Origin: Candidatus Parcubacteria bacterium
Lineage (GTDB): Bacteria; Patescibacteriota; Minisyncoccia; Phycocordibacterales; CAIZLB01
Direction: 5' to 3'
DNA: 64,000 nt
Assembly: GCA_043760135.1 (NCBI GenBank)
Contig: JAYUPL010000014.1
Span: forward strand, 25,347-89,346
Shown here: positions 47,861 to 57,698 of the stretch, one piece after another
Layout of the letters: every line of letters begins with the position of its first letter
How positions within the stretch are numbered: position 1 is the first letter of the stretch
Notes under the pieces: generated by a model
The model's database searches: none
Seen by the model: only the letters and a program-made list of their open reading frames with translations
Told to the model about the DNA's origin: nothing
Position numbers and translations under genes: made by a program

Positions 47861-48577
47861 ATGTATATGCGTAAAACTTTATTGTCTTTGATATTGCTTC
47901 TTTCTATGGGTACAGTTAGTATTGTATTTGCTGATACAATGAATATTGTAAATACACAGGTGTATAAAGATATAAAACTAAAAGCTCCTATTTACAAACA
48001 ACAATATGCAAACAGTTGTGAAGCTGCTGCTTTGCGTATGGCATTGGCATTTAAAGGAGTTATGAAAAATGACGTGCAGATTTTGACAAAGTTTGGATAC
48101 AATCCAACCTACAAAGATTGGGCCAACAATATTTGGGACGATCCTCAAAAACAATATGTTGGGTTTGTCGATGTGACTGGTAGGATAAAAGGTGGATATG
48201 GAGTGTATGGTCTTCCGGTTGTAAAAGCTATTGAGTCCTTTAAGTTAAATGCTGAATATGCAACAAGTACAGCGATAACACCAACTTTTATTGCACAAGC
48301 TGTTGATAATAAAAACCCAGTTATGATCTGGGGATATACATCATTCACTGAGGCCCCTTATACATGGCAAACACCTGAAGGCAACACTGTTAAGGCCTTT
48401 AAGGGTGAGCATGTACGCTTAGTTGTAGGTTTTAAGGGAACTATTGAAAAGCCTGTAGGTTTTTACATACACGATTCAGTTACAGGAAAGGCTTTTGAAT
48501 ACTGGACAACTGAACAGTTGGTAACACATATGAATAAAGTTCCAGGAGTGACCGATCAAGCTGTTATTGTAAAATAG
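47861..48577 (+). CDS. Secreted C39-like cysteine peptidase
   Basis: Signal peptide, QQYANSCEAAA, EHVRLVVG, HDS. Confidence 0.85.
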   Translation: MYMRKTLLSLILLLSMGTVSIVFADTMNIVNTQVYKDIKLKAPIYKQQYANSCEAAALRMALAFKGVMKNDVQILTKFGYNPTYKDWANNIWDDPQKQYVGFVDVTGRIKGGYGVYGLPVVKAIESFKLNAEYATSTAITPTFIAQAVDNKNPVMIWGYTSFTEAPYTWQTPEGNTVKAFKGEHVRLVVGFKGTIEKPVGFYIHDSVTGKAFEYWTTEQLVTHMNKVPGVTDQAVIVK

Positions 48578-48602
48578 TTTTTTAAAAGGGTATACTAGGG
48601 TT

Positions 48603-49574
48603 ATGTTTTTAGAATTTATTGTGCTCGTGTTATCTTTGATGACAGGGTCAACAACAACCAATATACAAGTTAAACCCGAACCTGCTTCTGCTTCGGTGTT
48701 GTTTTTAGGTGATATGATGTTTGATAGGAGTGTGAGAGCAACTGCAAATAAGATTGGATATGAAAATATTTTTGGTCCAAGTACGACGACTATTGCTCAG
48801 TATGATGTAGCCGTTGCTAATCTTGAAGGACCGATAACTACATTTAAATCAAAAACCATATCATCAACAGGTTATCCTATATCAGGATTTCAATTTACAT
48901 TTGATAATGCAGTCGCTTCAGCTTTAAAAAAATCAGGTGTAGATATTGTAAGTCTTGCTAATAATCACACTGATAATTTTGGACAACAAGGCATAGATCA
49001 AACTCGATCAATATTATCTAAAAATAATGTTATGTATTTTGGTAGTCCTAAAAATAATCCTGCGTATACTGCCACATCTACTTGTGTTAATGATATTTGT
49101 ATTGGTGTGATAGGTTGGAATGAATTTGGATATGCTAATAATCAATTTATTATTGATAAAATAAAAGATATGAGATCTAAAGTTGACTACTTGGCTATAT
49201 ATCCACATTGGGGAATAGAGTATCAATTGACGCCAAGTAAGAATCAAATCAAGCTAGCGCACGAATGGATTGATGCAGGGGCTGATGTGATTATAGGTGC
49301 ACATCCACACGTGATCCAGTCTGTGGAACAATATAAGGATAAATATATCTTTTACTCATTAGGTAATTTTATCTTTGATCAATATTTTTCTTTCAATACA
49401 ACTCATGGTATTGGGGTTGAGGCAATTGTATATAAAGATAAAGTTGAATATAAGGTAATACCTTTTTCAAGTATTGGTCATAAGGTGAGTGTTCCGAGTG
49501 AGGCTAATAAAGATAAGTTGTTTAATATATTAAGGAAGGTGTCAGGAAGTATTATCGATAAAATGATTATCTGA
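48603..49574 (+). CDS. CapA (PGA_cap) family metallophosphatase
   Basis: GDMMFDR, NLEG, LANNH, PHWGIEY, GAHPHV, YSLGNF. Confidence 0.92.
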   Translation: MFLEFIVLVLSLMTGSTTTNIQVKPEPASASVLFLGDMMFDRSVRATANKIGYENIFGPSTTTIAQYDVAVANLEGPITTFKSKTISSTGYPISGFQFTFDNAVASALKKSGVDIVSLANNHTDNFGQQGIDQTRSILSKNNVMYFGSPKNNPAYTATSTCVNDICIGVIGWNEFGYANNQFIIDKIKDMRSKVDYLAIYPHWGIEYQLTPSKNQIKLAHEWIDAGADVIIGAHPHVIQSVEQYKDKYIFYSLGNFIFDQYFSFNTTHGIGVEAIVYKDKVEYKVIPFSSIGHKVSVPSEANKDKLFNILRKVSGSIIDKMII

Positions 49575-49672
49575 TATAGATAATTTTACAAAATTTGTTG
49601 ACTTAGATAAATAGTATATTCCAATTTTGTAAAAAGTTGCACTTGTGTAATTTGAGAATATAATTGTCTGTA

Positions 49673-50023
49673 ATGAATCCAAACATTAACAACCAAAAAG
49701 GAATAAAAGATGATATGTCAGTGAAGGAACTGGCTGTTTTGATGATGGAAGGTTTTGCCGTTGTTAATAAAAGGATAGATAAACTTGAGGGAAGACTCGA
49801 TAGTTTAGAAAATAGATTTGATCATTTAGAATCTTACATGAAAGAAGGTTTTGAGGCTATTGATCAACGTTTTGATGATTTGGAAAATAGGTTTGGAAGA
49901 TTTGAAACTCGCTTTAATAAATTTGAAAAAGAGGTAAGTAGGCACTTATCCATAATAGATAAAAATATGGTAAATCCATTTGAGTTTCAGGCACTGTCTT
50001 TGAAGGTTGAACAGCTGGGGTAG
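49673..50023 (+). CDS. Heptad-repeat coiled-coil protein
   Basis: Repeated R[FL]D.LE.. heptads. Confidence 0.7.
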   Translation: MNPNINNQKGIKDDMSVKELAVLMMEGFAVVNKRIDKLEGRLDSLENRFDHLESYMKEGFEAIDQRFDDLENRFGRFETRFNKFEKEVSRHLSIIDKNMVNPFEFQALSLKVEQLG

Positions 50024-50331
50024 GGTGCTATCATTATCTATGAATATCAAGATAAAACGATAGCAGATGTTGATAGGTTGGTGGGTGTATAAATAAGAAT
50101 CATACGTAAGGACCAGTATTTTTCTATCTCATTTCACCAAGGATCATTCGATAAAGAAAAATTTTTCACTTGTATTTTGGGTCCCTAACTCAAAGCTCAC
50201 TCACAGAACTGCCACAGGGCAGTTCCTATTGCTAAAACTCTTTCAAGTCCCTCACAAAATTGCCATCAGGCAATTTTTATCGCTTATATTGTGCAAAATA
50301 AATAGAGCCCTTAAAAAAGGACCCTATTTAT

Positions 50332-50370
50332 TTCACATTTTGCCTTGGCAAAATAGAAGTACACTTGTTG
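50332..50370 (-). repeat. Palindromic repeat, family B, after tRNA-Val
   Basis: Minus strand CAACAAGTGTACTTCTATTTTGCCAAGGCAAAATGTGAA. Confidence 0.75.
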
Positions 50371-50443
50371 TGCGCGATGAGGGACTTGAACCCCCGACCT
50401 TCTCAGTGTAAATGAGTTGCTCTACCAACTGAGCTAATCGCGC
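50371..50443 (-). tRNA. tRNA-Val(TAC)
   Basis: GCGCGAT acceptor, TTTACAC anticodon loop, GGGGG-TTCAAGT-CCCTC. Confidence 0.95.
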
Positions 50444-50512
50444 TCTCACGTAAAAATAATATATCATATTCCGATTTGATATACAAATACAACTATAGTA
50501 ATCTAATACTAT

Positions 50513-50595
50513 GCGCAGGTGGCGAAACGGTAGACGCACTACCTTGAGGTGGTAGCGCCCGCAAGGGTGTGGGAGTTCAAATCTCCCCCCGCGCA
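50513..50595 (+). tRNA. tRNA-Leu(GAG)
   Basis: CTACC-TTGAGGT-GGTAG anticodon arm, variable arm, GGGAG-TTCAAAT-CTCCC. Confidence 0.93.
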
Positions 50596-50596
50596 C

Positions 50597-51205
50597 ATGA
50601 AAAATGTAGAATTAATACAAGACAAAAAGTATACCCTTGGTAAAAGGGCTTTCTGGTTCTTATTTTTTAAACATGGTTACAAACCTTTTCTCGTTTTATT
50701 GGCTTGTGGAACTATTGTATATTTTATAAACACAGCCAACTTCGAAAGCTGGCTTTCTACTGTAGATACTATTATTACGGTCGGTCTTTTAAATCTTTGG
50801 ATTATATCTTTGATTCTATCTATATTATTTTTAATATTTGTTTCAACATTTGAACGATATATTCAGCATAAATTTTTATTAGGAGAGCATTCATTTCATG
50901 TTCGAAGGGGAATATTTATGGTGAAAGAAAAAGTTATTCCATATAGACATATTCAAAATGTAGACATTGATAGACCATATCACTACAGACTGCTTGGTTT
51001 ATCAAAGTTAAATATTACAACTGCCCGACTCGACAACTTTGAAGATGAGAAGACAAATCTTATCCCTTTGATCGACAAACACCTTGCTAAAAAGTTATCA
51101 GATTTTTTAATTAAACAAGGTGTTATGAGTCATAAAGGTTATGCTGTAACAGTAGATCAAACTCCAAACACTGCTGTTATTATTGAGGAAATAAATCAAG
51201 AATAA
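50597..51205 (+). CDS. bPH_2 (PH domain) membrane protein
   Basis: Two TMs, VRRGIF..IPYRHIQNVDI..LLGLSKLNITTA; start reassigned to after tRNA-Leu. Confidence 0.85.
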   Translation: MKNVELIQDKKYTLGKRAFWFLFFKHGYKPFLVLLACGTIVYFINTANFESWLSTVDTIITVGLLNLWIISLILSILFLIFVSTFERYIQHKFLLGEHSFHVRRGIFMVKEKVIPYRHIQNVDIDRPYHYRLLGLSKLNITTARLDNFEDEKTNLIPLIDKHLAKKLSDFLIKQGVMSHKGYAVTVDQTPNTAVIIEEINQE

Positions 51206-51208
51206 TAT

Positions 51209-51775
51209 ATGTCATTATTTTTAGTCCAATTATCAATATATGTTACCAATACCTTTGCACCAGAGGTGTTGATATTATTTTGTGTTTTTATGTTAACTTT
51301 GTCAGTTTTATATTTTAATATTAAAGAAATAAAATATAAAGAAGTTCTCAGTGTAAATTGCCCTAACAATGTAAAAGGGGTAGTCATAGTTTCTACAGCA
51401 GTTTTTATTGCTACAATTTTAGCAACATCATTTAAATATATTTTTAAGATTGAAAGACCTGAAAATATGTTGGTCTTAGAATACGGGTATGGCTTTCCAT
51501 CAACTCATACTGCCTTAATTTTTGCACTCTGCTCAGCCTCTATATTTATATTGTTTAAATACTTTGAAAATAACAGCAGGAGATATTTAAATTATCTTCA
51601 CTCTGCTTTATTTATTTCTGTTGCACTACTTGTGGCATCTACTCGTCTAATATTACAGGTGCACAGACCAGTGGATGTGGTAGCGGGGGTTATAGTTGGT
51701 TTAGCATCTACTTACGCAGCGATTAAAATATATTATACTATAACTAAATATGTCGATTTTAAAATTTTTAAATAG
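51209..51775 (+). CDS. PAP2 family phosphatase
   Basis: K..FKIERP, FPSTH, STRLILQVHRPVDV. Confidence 0.9.
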   Translation: MSLFLVQLSIYVTNTFAPEVLILFCVFMLTLSVLYFNIKEIKYKEVLSVNCPNNVKGVVIVSTAVFIATILATSFKYIFKIERPENMLVLEYGYGFPSTHTALIFALCSASIFILFKYFENNSRRYLNYLHSALFISVALLVASTRLILQVHRPVDVVAGVIVGLASTYAAIKIYYTITKYVDFKIFK

Positions 51776-52103
51776 TATAAAATATGCGTGGTATGGAATA
51801 AAACAGGTCTTCTTGGAAGAACAGAATTTTCAAATACAATCATTCTGTGGGATTGTGGTTATATTGTTATCTATATTTAAATTTCATTTTAATTACATTG
51901 AACTGTGCTTAACATTTATTTGTATTGCACTGGTACTTGCAACAGAGATTGTAAATACGGCTATTGAAAACACGTGGGATCATTTAGAGCCAAATCATCA
52001 TCCTGTAGTAAAGGCAGTGAAAGATATGATGGCTGCAGCGGTTATGGTGGTTTCGGTTTTTTCTGCTATAGTGTGGTTATTACTCATTGTTAATCGTTAT
52101 TAA
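51750..52103 (+). CDS. dgkA: DgkA-family diacylglycerol/undecaprenol kinase
   Basis: YAWYGI...EEQNF, EIVNTAIE, KDMMAAAV. Confidence 0.88.
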   Translation: MSILKFLNSIKYAWYGIKQVFLEEQNFQIQSFCGIVVILLSIFKFHFNYIELCLTFICIALVLATEIVNTAIENTWDHLEPNHHPVVKAVKDMMAAAVMVVSVFSAIVWLLLIVNRY

Positions 52104-52110
52104 TTCTCTT

Positions 52111-52962
52111 ATGGAAACTCTTTTATTAAAATCTAAACCTATCTTAGATTTTTTTCACCTACATCATAAGATGACTGGTATATCTATTAAAGCTCGCCTC
52201 GATATTTTTTTAATCGGTAGTGATTTATCATCTGGAATCTATGTAAACAAGAAAAAAGAATTAGCTGATACATTAGGAATCGAAACTGTTATTCATACAT
52301 ATCAAGACGATGCTGAGCAAGAGTTTTTAAAATCAGAAATAAAAAATATCTCAGATGATCCAAATGTGAATGGAATAATAATTCAACTTCCTATCCAGAA
52401 AGAATTAAACGTTCGTGAACTTTACAATCAAATTGATCCACAGAAAGATATTGAATCTTTGTCAGACACAAATGTTTCAAAAAGAGAGTATGGTGAGAAA
52501 ACATATTTACCAGCAACTGCTCGTGCGGTACAAAGTCTTTTTGATTTTTATCAAATAGAAATAGAAGGGCTCCACATTGTGATGATTGGTAATTCGGATA
52601 TTGTAGGAAAACCCATCGCAAACATGTGTCTCGAGAAAAAAGCCACAGTGACCATCTGTCACGAATTTACAAAAGACTTACAAGGTATAACCAAGACTGC
52701 TGACATTGTAATAGTGGCTATCGGGAAACCAAAGTTCATTGATCAATCATATTTCAGACATGATAATACGCAGATTGTGATCGATATTGGCATAACTGAT
52801 ATTGGACTCGATGAAAAAACAGGTAAAAGGAAGGTCTCAGGGGATGTGGATTTTGAAAATGTGAAAGATAAAGTTTTGGCAATAACCCCAGTTCCAGGCG
52901 GGGTTGGTCCTCTGACTGTTTTAAGCCTTATTGAAAATCTCCTCGAATCGGTGGTACAATAG
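52111..52962 (+). CDS. folD: Methylenetetrahydrofolate dehydrogenase/cyclohydrolase
   Basis: GIIIQLP, SDIVGKP, ATVTICH, GDVDF, TPVPGGVGPLT. Confidence 0.93.
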   Translation: METLLLKSKPILDFFHLHHKMTGISIKARLDIFLIGSDLSSGIYVNKKKELADTLGIETVIHTYQDDAEQEFLKSEIKNISDDPNVNGIIIQLPIQKELNVRELYNQIDPQKDIESLSDTNVSKREYGEKTYLPATARAVQSLFDFYQIEIEGLHIVMIGNSDIVGKPIANMCLEKKATVTICHEFTKDLQGITKTADIVIVAIGKPKFIDQSYFRHDNTQIVIDIGITDIGLDEKTGKRKVSGDVDFENVKDKVLAITPVPGGVGPLTVLSLIENLLESVVQ

Positions 52963-52966
52963 GTAT

Positions 52967-53839
52967 ATGAATAACATCCAACAAAACATTACAGAATTCG
53001 TTCAGGCGAATAACTTAAGAAGAAATTTAGCCACATTAATTTTGATTTTTATAGCCCTATTTTTAGTAGCTAAGACTGTGCTTACATACAAAGAAGCAGT
53101 TGGTTATGAAAACCCAAACAATATCAACTATATAAATGTAACTGGTAAGGCAGAAAAGTATATAGTTCCTGATACACTAACTTTTAATATTACAATCAAC
53201 GAGGAAGGTAAAAATATATCTGAAGTAACTACAAAAGCAAAAGCGAAAGCAGAAAAAGCTATAGCAATTCTTGTTGCAAATGGTGTAGAGAAAGAAAATA
53301 TAAAACTAGAAAATTACAATGTATCGGATAAATATGAAAATGTGTCACAGCCATGTGCATATCCAGATATTGCAACATCAATGAAAGTGAGTGTTGCATA
53401 CCCATGTCCATCAAATCCTAGAATTGTGGGGCAGATATTAAATCAAATTATGGTTGTAAAAATTCGTGATATAGAGAAAAATGCTGATAATGAGAAGAGA
53501 ACAAAGATTATAAGTGAATTATCGACAGAAAATATTAGAGCTGACGGCTTTAATTTCACAGTCTATGATATCGAGAGTGTTCAAAAGGAAATACGTGAGG
53601 AAGCTATAAAAAATGCTAAAGATGATGCCAAAAGATTAGCAAAAGCATTAGGTGTAAGGCTAGATGAATTATCATCATTCTCAGATAACGGTCAACCAGT
53701 CTATCCGATGTATGGAGGAACTGCATATGATAGTATGAGTGCAAAGGTTGAGAGGGCAGTAGCTCCGGTAGCTCCTGAACTTACTCCAGGTCAAGAGAAA
53801 ATCACATCAAATGTAACATTGACATACTCAATCAAATAG
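52967..53839 (+). CDS. SIMPL (DUF541) protein
   Basis: INVTGKAE...PD, AIKNAKDDAKRLA..LGV, PGQEKITSNVTLTY. Confidence 0.9.
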   Translation: MNNIQQNITEFVQANNLRRNLATLILIFIALFLVAKTVLTYKEAVGYENPNNINYINVTGKAEKYIVPDTLTFNITINEEGKNISEVTTKAKAKAEKAIAILVANGVEKENIKLENYNVSDKYENVSQPCAYPDIATSMKVSVAYPCPSNPRIVGQILNQIMVVKIRDIEKNADNEKRTKIISELSTENIRADGFNFTVYDIESVQKEIREEAIKNAKDDAKRLAKALGVRLDELSSFSDNGQPVYPMYGGTAYDSMSAKVERAVAPVAPELTPGQEKITSNVTLTYSIK

Positions 53840-53931
53840 GCTACTATAATTACATGTTTAAGGCGCTCCCAAAAGAGCGTTTTAAATTTGAAAAAATTTC
53901 AAAAATAATTAAAATCTAATATAATAAAAAC

Positions 53932-54111
53932 ATGTCTATCATATCGTACATCAAAGAAGTTGCATCTGAAAGTAGAAATATAAAATGGCCTACTCGTAAA
54001 CAAGTGATCAGTTATACATTGATTGTTATTGTTCTTTCTCTTTTACTTGCAATATATGTTGGGGCACTAGACGCTGCGTTCGCAAGGCTATTATCAATAT
54101 TACTTAACTAA
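53932..54111 (+). CDS. secE: Preprotein translocase subunit SecE (absent from the ORF track)
   Basis: Translated by hand: MSIISYIKEVASESRNIKWPTRKQ + TM + LD; directly upstream of nusG. Confidence 0.92.
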   Translation: MSIISYIKEVASESRNIKWPTRKQVISYTLIVIVLSLLLAIYVGALDAAFARLLSILLN

Positions 54112-54130
54112 TATAATCTTATAAAAATTT

Positions 54131-54673
54131 ATGGCAAAACAAATTGAAAAAGATCGAAACTGGTATGCGGTACAAACATATTCAGGATATGAAAATGCAG
54201 TTGTTCGTAATCTTAAACAACGTATTGAATCTCTTGGACTTGAAGATAAAATCTTTAATGTGCTTATCCCAACAAAAAAGGTGATCAAAATCAAATCTGG
54301 AAAGAGAATTGAGGAAGATGAAAAAATCTACCCAGGATACGTACTTGTAGAAATGATCGTGAATGATGAGACATGGTTCAACGTTCGTAATACTCCGAGA
54401 GTTACAGGGTTCGTAGGATCAGGAAATATTCCAGTTCCTGTGACAGATACTGAATTGGCTGACATATTTGCAAACATGAAGGGGGACAACCTGATACATA
54501 ACCTTGACGTACGTGTTGATGAATACGTTTCAATCGTAGATGGTCCATTTAAGGACTCAGAAGGTAAGGTTTCAAAGATTGATCAAGAAAAAGGGAAGCT
54601 CACTGTACTCGTTTCTATGTTCGATCGCGAGATTCCAGTGGAACTCGACTTCTTGCAAGTAAAGAAAAAATAG
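54131..54673 (+). CDS. nusG: Transcription termination/antitermination factor NusG
   Basis: WYAVQTYSGYE, YPGYVLV, VRNTPRVTGF, KOW GPF. Confidence 0.97.
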   Translation: MAKQIEKDRNWYAVQTYSGYENAVVRNLKQRIESLGLEDKIFNVLIPTKKVIKIKSGKRIEEDEKIYPGYVLVEMIVNDETWFNVRNTPRVTGFVGSGNIPVPVTDTELADIFANMKGDNLIHNLDVRVDEYVSIVDGPFKDSEGKVSKIDQEKGKLTVLVSMFDREIPVELDFLQVKKK

Positions 54674-54709
54674 GTTATTATCAATCACACAAACAAAACT
54701 AATATATAT

Positions 54710-55135
54710 ATGGCAAAAAAAGTAGTAAAAATAATAAAATTACAGATCGCAGCTGCAAAAGCAACACCTGCACCACCTATTGGTACAGCCCTTGGGCCGG
54801 CCGGTGTTAACATTGCTGATTTCGTAAAGAGGTTCAACGATGCAACACAAGCTCTTGTGGGAAGTACTGTTCCTGTTGTGATCAATGTATATGACGATAG
54901 ATCTTTTGATTTTATCATGAAAACAGCTCCTGCAGCTGAGATGGTTAAAAAAGCTATTGGACTTGAAACAGGTTCAGGTACACCAAACTCTAAGAAAGCT
55001 GGTAAGATTACAAAGGCTCAAGTAGCTGAGATTGCTGCGAGAAAGATGGTGGACATGAATGCGTATAATCTAGAAGGGGCAATCAAAATGATTGAAGGTA
55101 CATGTCGATCTCTAGGGGTTGAGGTTGTAAACTAA
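54710..55135 (+). CDS. rplK: 50S ribosomal protein uL11
   Basis: [19 protein letters not shown]. Confidence 0.97.
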   Translation: MAKKVVKIIKLQIAAAKATPAPPIGTALGPAGVNIADFVKRFNDATQALVGSTVPVVINVYDDRSFDFIMKTAPAAEMVKKAIGLETGSGTPNSKKAGKITKAQVAEIAARKMVDMNAYNLEGAIKMIEGTCRSLGVEVVN

Positions 55136-55146
55136 AGAAAATAAAG

Positions 55147-55174
55147 AAGCATCACTGAGAGGTGATGTTTTTTT
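55147..55174 (+). terminator. Terminator directly after rplK
   Basis: AGCATCAC/GTGATGTT followed by a T-run. Confidence 0.7.
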
Positions 55175-55236
55175 GTTGTTCTTATACTATAATAATAGTC
55201 AGAATTATAATTATAAATAAAATTTATACAATCTTA

Positions 55237-56268
55237 ATGTTTACAAAACATAATATTTTATCCATCTCAGTCCTTGCACTCTTCATTGTTTCTTCTTCAC
55301 TCAAAGCATCAACTTATGAGCTGGCTGAAAATTTATCAGGACCATCAACGTACACTTTAACTGCAGTCAAGTCGGGTACAGGAACAGGGTTGATTAACGG
55401 TATTGATGCAGCGACTACTACATTTATGTTCGGAGAAACTTTCACCCTGACAGCTACTGCAAACCCAGGTTCAACTTTCACCGGTTGGTCAGGAGATTGC
55501 ATTGGCACTGCCTCATGTCTTTTGGTTATGAGTGGGAATAAATCAATCACCACAACCTTTACGGCAAATAATGTTGTAACTCCTCCAGGTACAGCTGGCG
55601 GTGGAGGAGGTGCAAGTGGAGGTGGTAACACATCAGGTGGGGGCAGTAATACATCAGGTGCTACCAATACTGGCGGGTATACAAATCCCAACAATACAGG
55701 TCTTGGAATAAATACAAATCTGAATGTAACCCCAATTAAATACTCATTTGTTCAAACTCTGGGTGTGACACAGAAGAGTGATGATGTGATCAAACTTCAA
55801 CAACTCTTAAATGCAAACGGCTACACTGTTGCTTTCAGCGGTATTGGTTCAAGAGGTCAAGAATCAAACTACTTTGGTCCAGCTACTCGAGCTGCTTTGA
55901 TTAAATTCCAGACTGCAAAAAAAATCCCCACTACTGGCGTGCTCGACCTTGCAACTCGAACTGCGTTAAATGAATTTAATATGCCTATTACTCCAGAAGC
56001 TAATACACTAGTTAATGCAACAGGAGGGTATGCCTTTGTACGAAACTTAATGGTCAACTCTAGAGATTCTGATGTGATCAAATTACAACAAATTTTAAAT
56101 GCTAAAGGTTATATTATTGCAACAAGAGGGGCAGGTTCTCCTGGACTTGAATCAAACTACTTTGGACCAGCTACTCGCGCAGCGCTGGCTCGATTTCAGA
56201 GAGATAACGGCATTAGTCCAGCTGCTGGTTTCTTGGGAGTAATAACTCGAGCAAAACTAAGTAAGTAA
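55237..56268 (+). CDS. Secreted protein with an InlB B-repeat-like domain and two peptidoglycan-binding domains
   Basis: Signal peptide; GSTFTGWSGDC; Gly linker; two DVIKLQQ.LN...YFGPATRAAL..FQ modules. Confidence 0.85.
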   Translation: MFTKHNILSISVLALFIVSSSLKASTYELAENLSGPSTYTLTAVKSGTGTGLINGIDAATTTFMFGETFTLTATANPGSTFTGWSGDCIGTASCLLVMSGNKSITTTFTANNVVTPPGTAGGGGGASGGGNTSGGGSNTSGATNTGGYTNPNNTGLGINTNLNVTPIKYSFVQTLGVTQKSDDVIKLQQLLNANGYTVAFSGIGSRGQESNYFGPATRAALIKFQTAKKIPTTGVLDLATRTALNEFNMPITPEANTLVNATGGYAFVRNLMVNSRDSDVIKLQQILNAKGYIIATRGAGSPGLESNYFGPATRAALARFQRDNGISPAAGFLGVITRAKLSK

Positions 56269-56341
56269 TTATTCTTAAATTCAAAAAAAATAAATTATCT
56301 ATAACACAGGTGATTTATTTTTTTATGTTATTATATAAATT

Positions 56342-57118
56342 ATGAATATATACCTTATGTTAATTTCAATCCTAGAAGGTCTAACAGAATTTCTTCCTAT
56401 ATCTTCTACGGCCCATCTTATTATTTTCTCAAAGTTTACCAATGTTGATTTAACCGATATGTATATAAAGTTTTATTTACTCTTTATTCAGTTCGGAGCA
56501 TTGCTTGCAGGTGCTTCGGTTTTTGCTAAGAAAATTTTTACAGATAAAAAATTATTTACAAATATAATTGTAAGTTTTATTCCAAGTGCTATTGTTGGAT
56601 TTATTTTTTATAAAATGTTTAAGAAATTATTAGAAGGAAATATATTACTGATGGCTACTATGCTTATAGTGGGTGGTGTTATATTTATATATATAGAAAA
56701 AGTATTTCTAAAAAAGCAGGTAAACATACAGAAACAAAAAGATACACTGACCACGAAGGATGCTTTTGTTGTAGGACTTGCTCAAGCTGTTGCTATCATC
56801 CCTGGGGTTTCCAGATCGGGAGCTACTATTATCGCTGGTGTGTTTAGAAATATTAAAAAATCTGTGATCATTGAGTATACATTTATATTGGCATTACCAA
56901 CGCTAGGTGCTGCAGTACTATATGATGCATATAAGTCGAGAGAGATTTTTTCTATGATATATGGATATGGTGAATTGATAACAGGGTTTGTTTTGGCTTT
57001 TGTGTCTGGATATGCAACATTGTTTATTTTGAGAAAATATTTGACTCGGATATCTTTGACTTTCTTTGGGTGGTATAGGATTGTGTTGGCGATTCTGATA
57101 CTTTTGACATTGTATTAG
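56342..57118 (+). CDS. uppP: Undecaprenyl-diphosphate phosphatase
   Basis: EGLTEFLPISSTAH, PGVSRSGATI. Confidence 0.95.
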   Translation: MNIYLMLISILEGLTEFLPISSTAHLIIFSKFTNVDLTDMYIKFYLLFIQFGALLAGASVFAKKIFTDKKLFTNIIVSFIPSAIVGFIFYKMFKKLLEGNILLMATMLIVGGVIFIYIEKVFLKKQVNIQKQKDTLTTKDAFVVGLAQAVAIIPGVSRSGATIIAGVFRNIKKSVIIEYTFILALPTLGAAVLYDAYKSREIFSMIYGYGELITGFVLAFVSGYATLFILRKYLTRISLTFFGWYRIVLAILILLTLY

Positions 57119-57168
57119 AAAAAAAGTCAAGCAGTCATTAAAAATTCAAAAATGATACAATTACCAAA

Positions 57169-57687
57169 ATGGCTACTAAAAAAGTATCAACTATTCAAAT
57201 TAAAAAAGAACCCGTACAAGTTCTGAGACCATCTTGGGACGAATATTTTATGGAGCTTGTGGAAACAACAGGACATCGAGCAACTTGCAACAGAGGGAGA
57301 TCGGGATGTGTGATTGTAAAAGATAAAAGAATTTTAACTACAGGGTATGTAGGATCTCCTATGGGGGCGAAACATTGTGATGAAGTTGGACATGAGATGC
57401 ATAAAGTAACGCATGATGATGGTACAGAAACGATGCATTGCATCAGAACGATTCATGCAGAACAAAATGCATTGATACAAGCATCACGTGTTGGAGTATC
57501 ACTTCAAGGTTCAACTTTATATTGTACAATGACACCATGTTATACCTGTGCGAAGTTAATTATTAACGCCGGTATTATTCGTGTTGTTGCAAAGCAAGAT
57601 TATCAGTCAGCACTTCAAACAAAAAGAATTTTCAAAGAGACAAAGGTGAAGCTTGAGATACAAGATAAAAATATTACAAAATATTAA
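57169..57687 (+). CDS. dCMP deaminase (ComEB family)
   Basis: RPSWDEYFM, RATC, HAEQNA, PCYTC. Confidence 0.93.
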   Translation: MATKKVSTIQIKKEPVQVLRPSWDEYFMELVETTGHRATCNRGRSGCVIVKDKRILTTGYVGSPMGAKHCDEVGHEMHKVTHDDGTETMHCIRTIHAEQNALIQASRVGVSLQGSTLYCTMTPCYTCAKLIINAGIIRVVAKQDYQSALQTKRIFKETKVKLEIQDKNITKY

Positions 57688-57698
57688 TTTTTAAATAT

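Noticed and set aside
50229-50596. ORFs 50229-50411, 50333-50596 and the 50549 start
   Set aside because: Translations of the tRNA-Val and tRNA-Leu genes
55780-56200. Near-identical DNA segments as DGR template/variable repeats
   Set aside because: Duplicated peptidoglycan-binding domains within one ORF; no reverse transcriptase in the window
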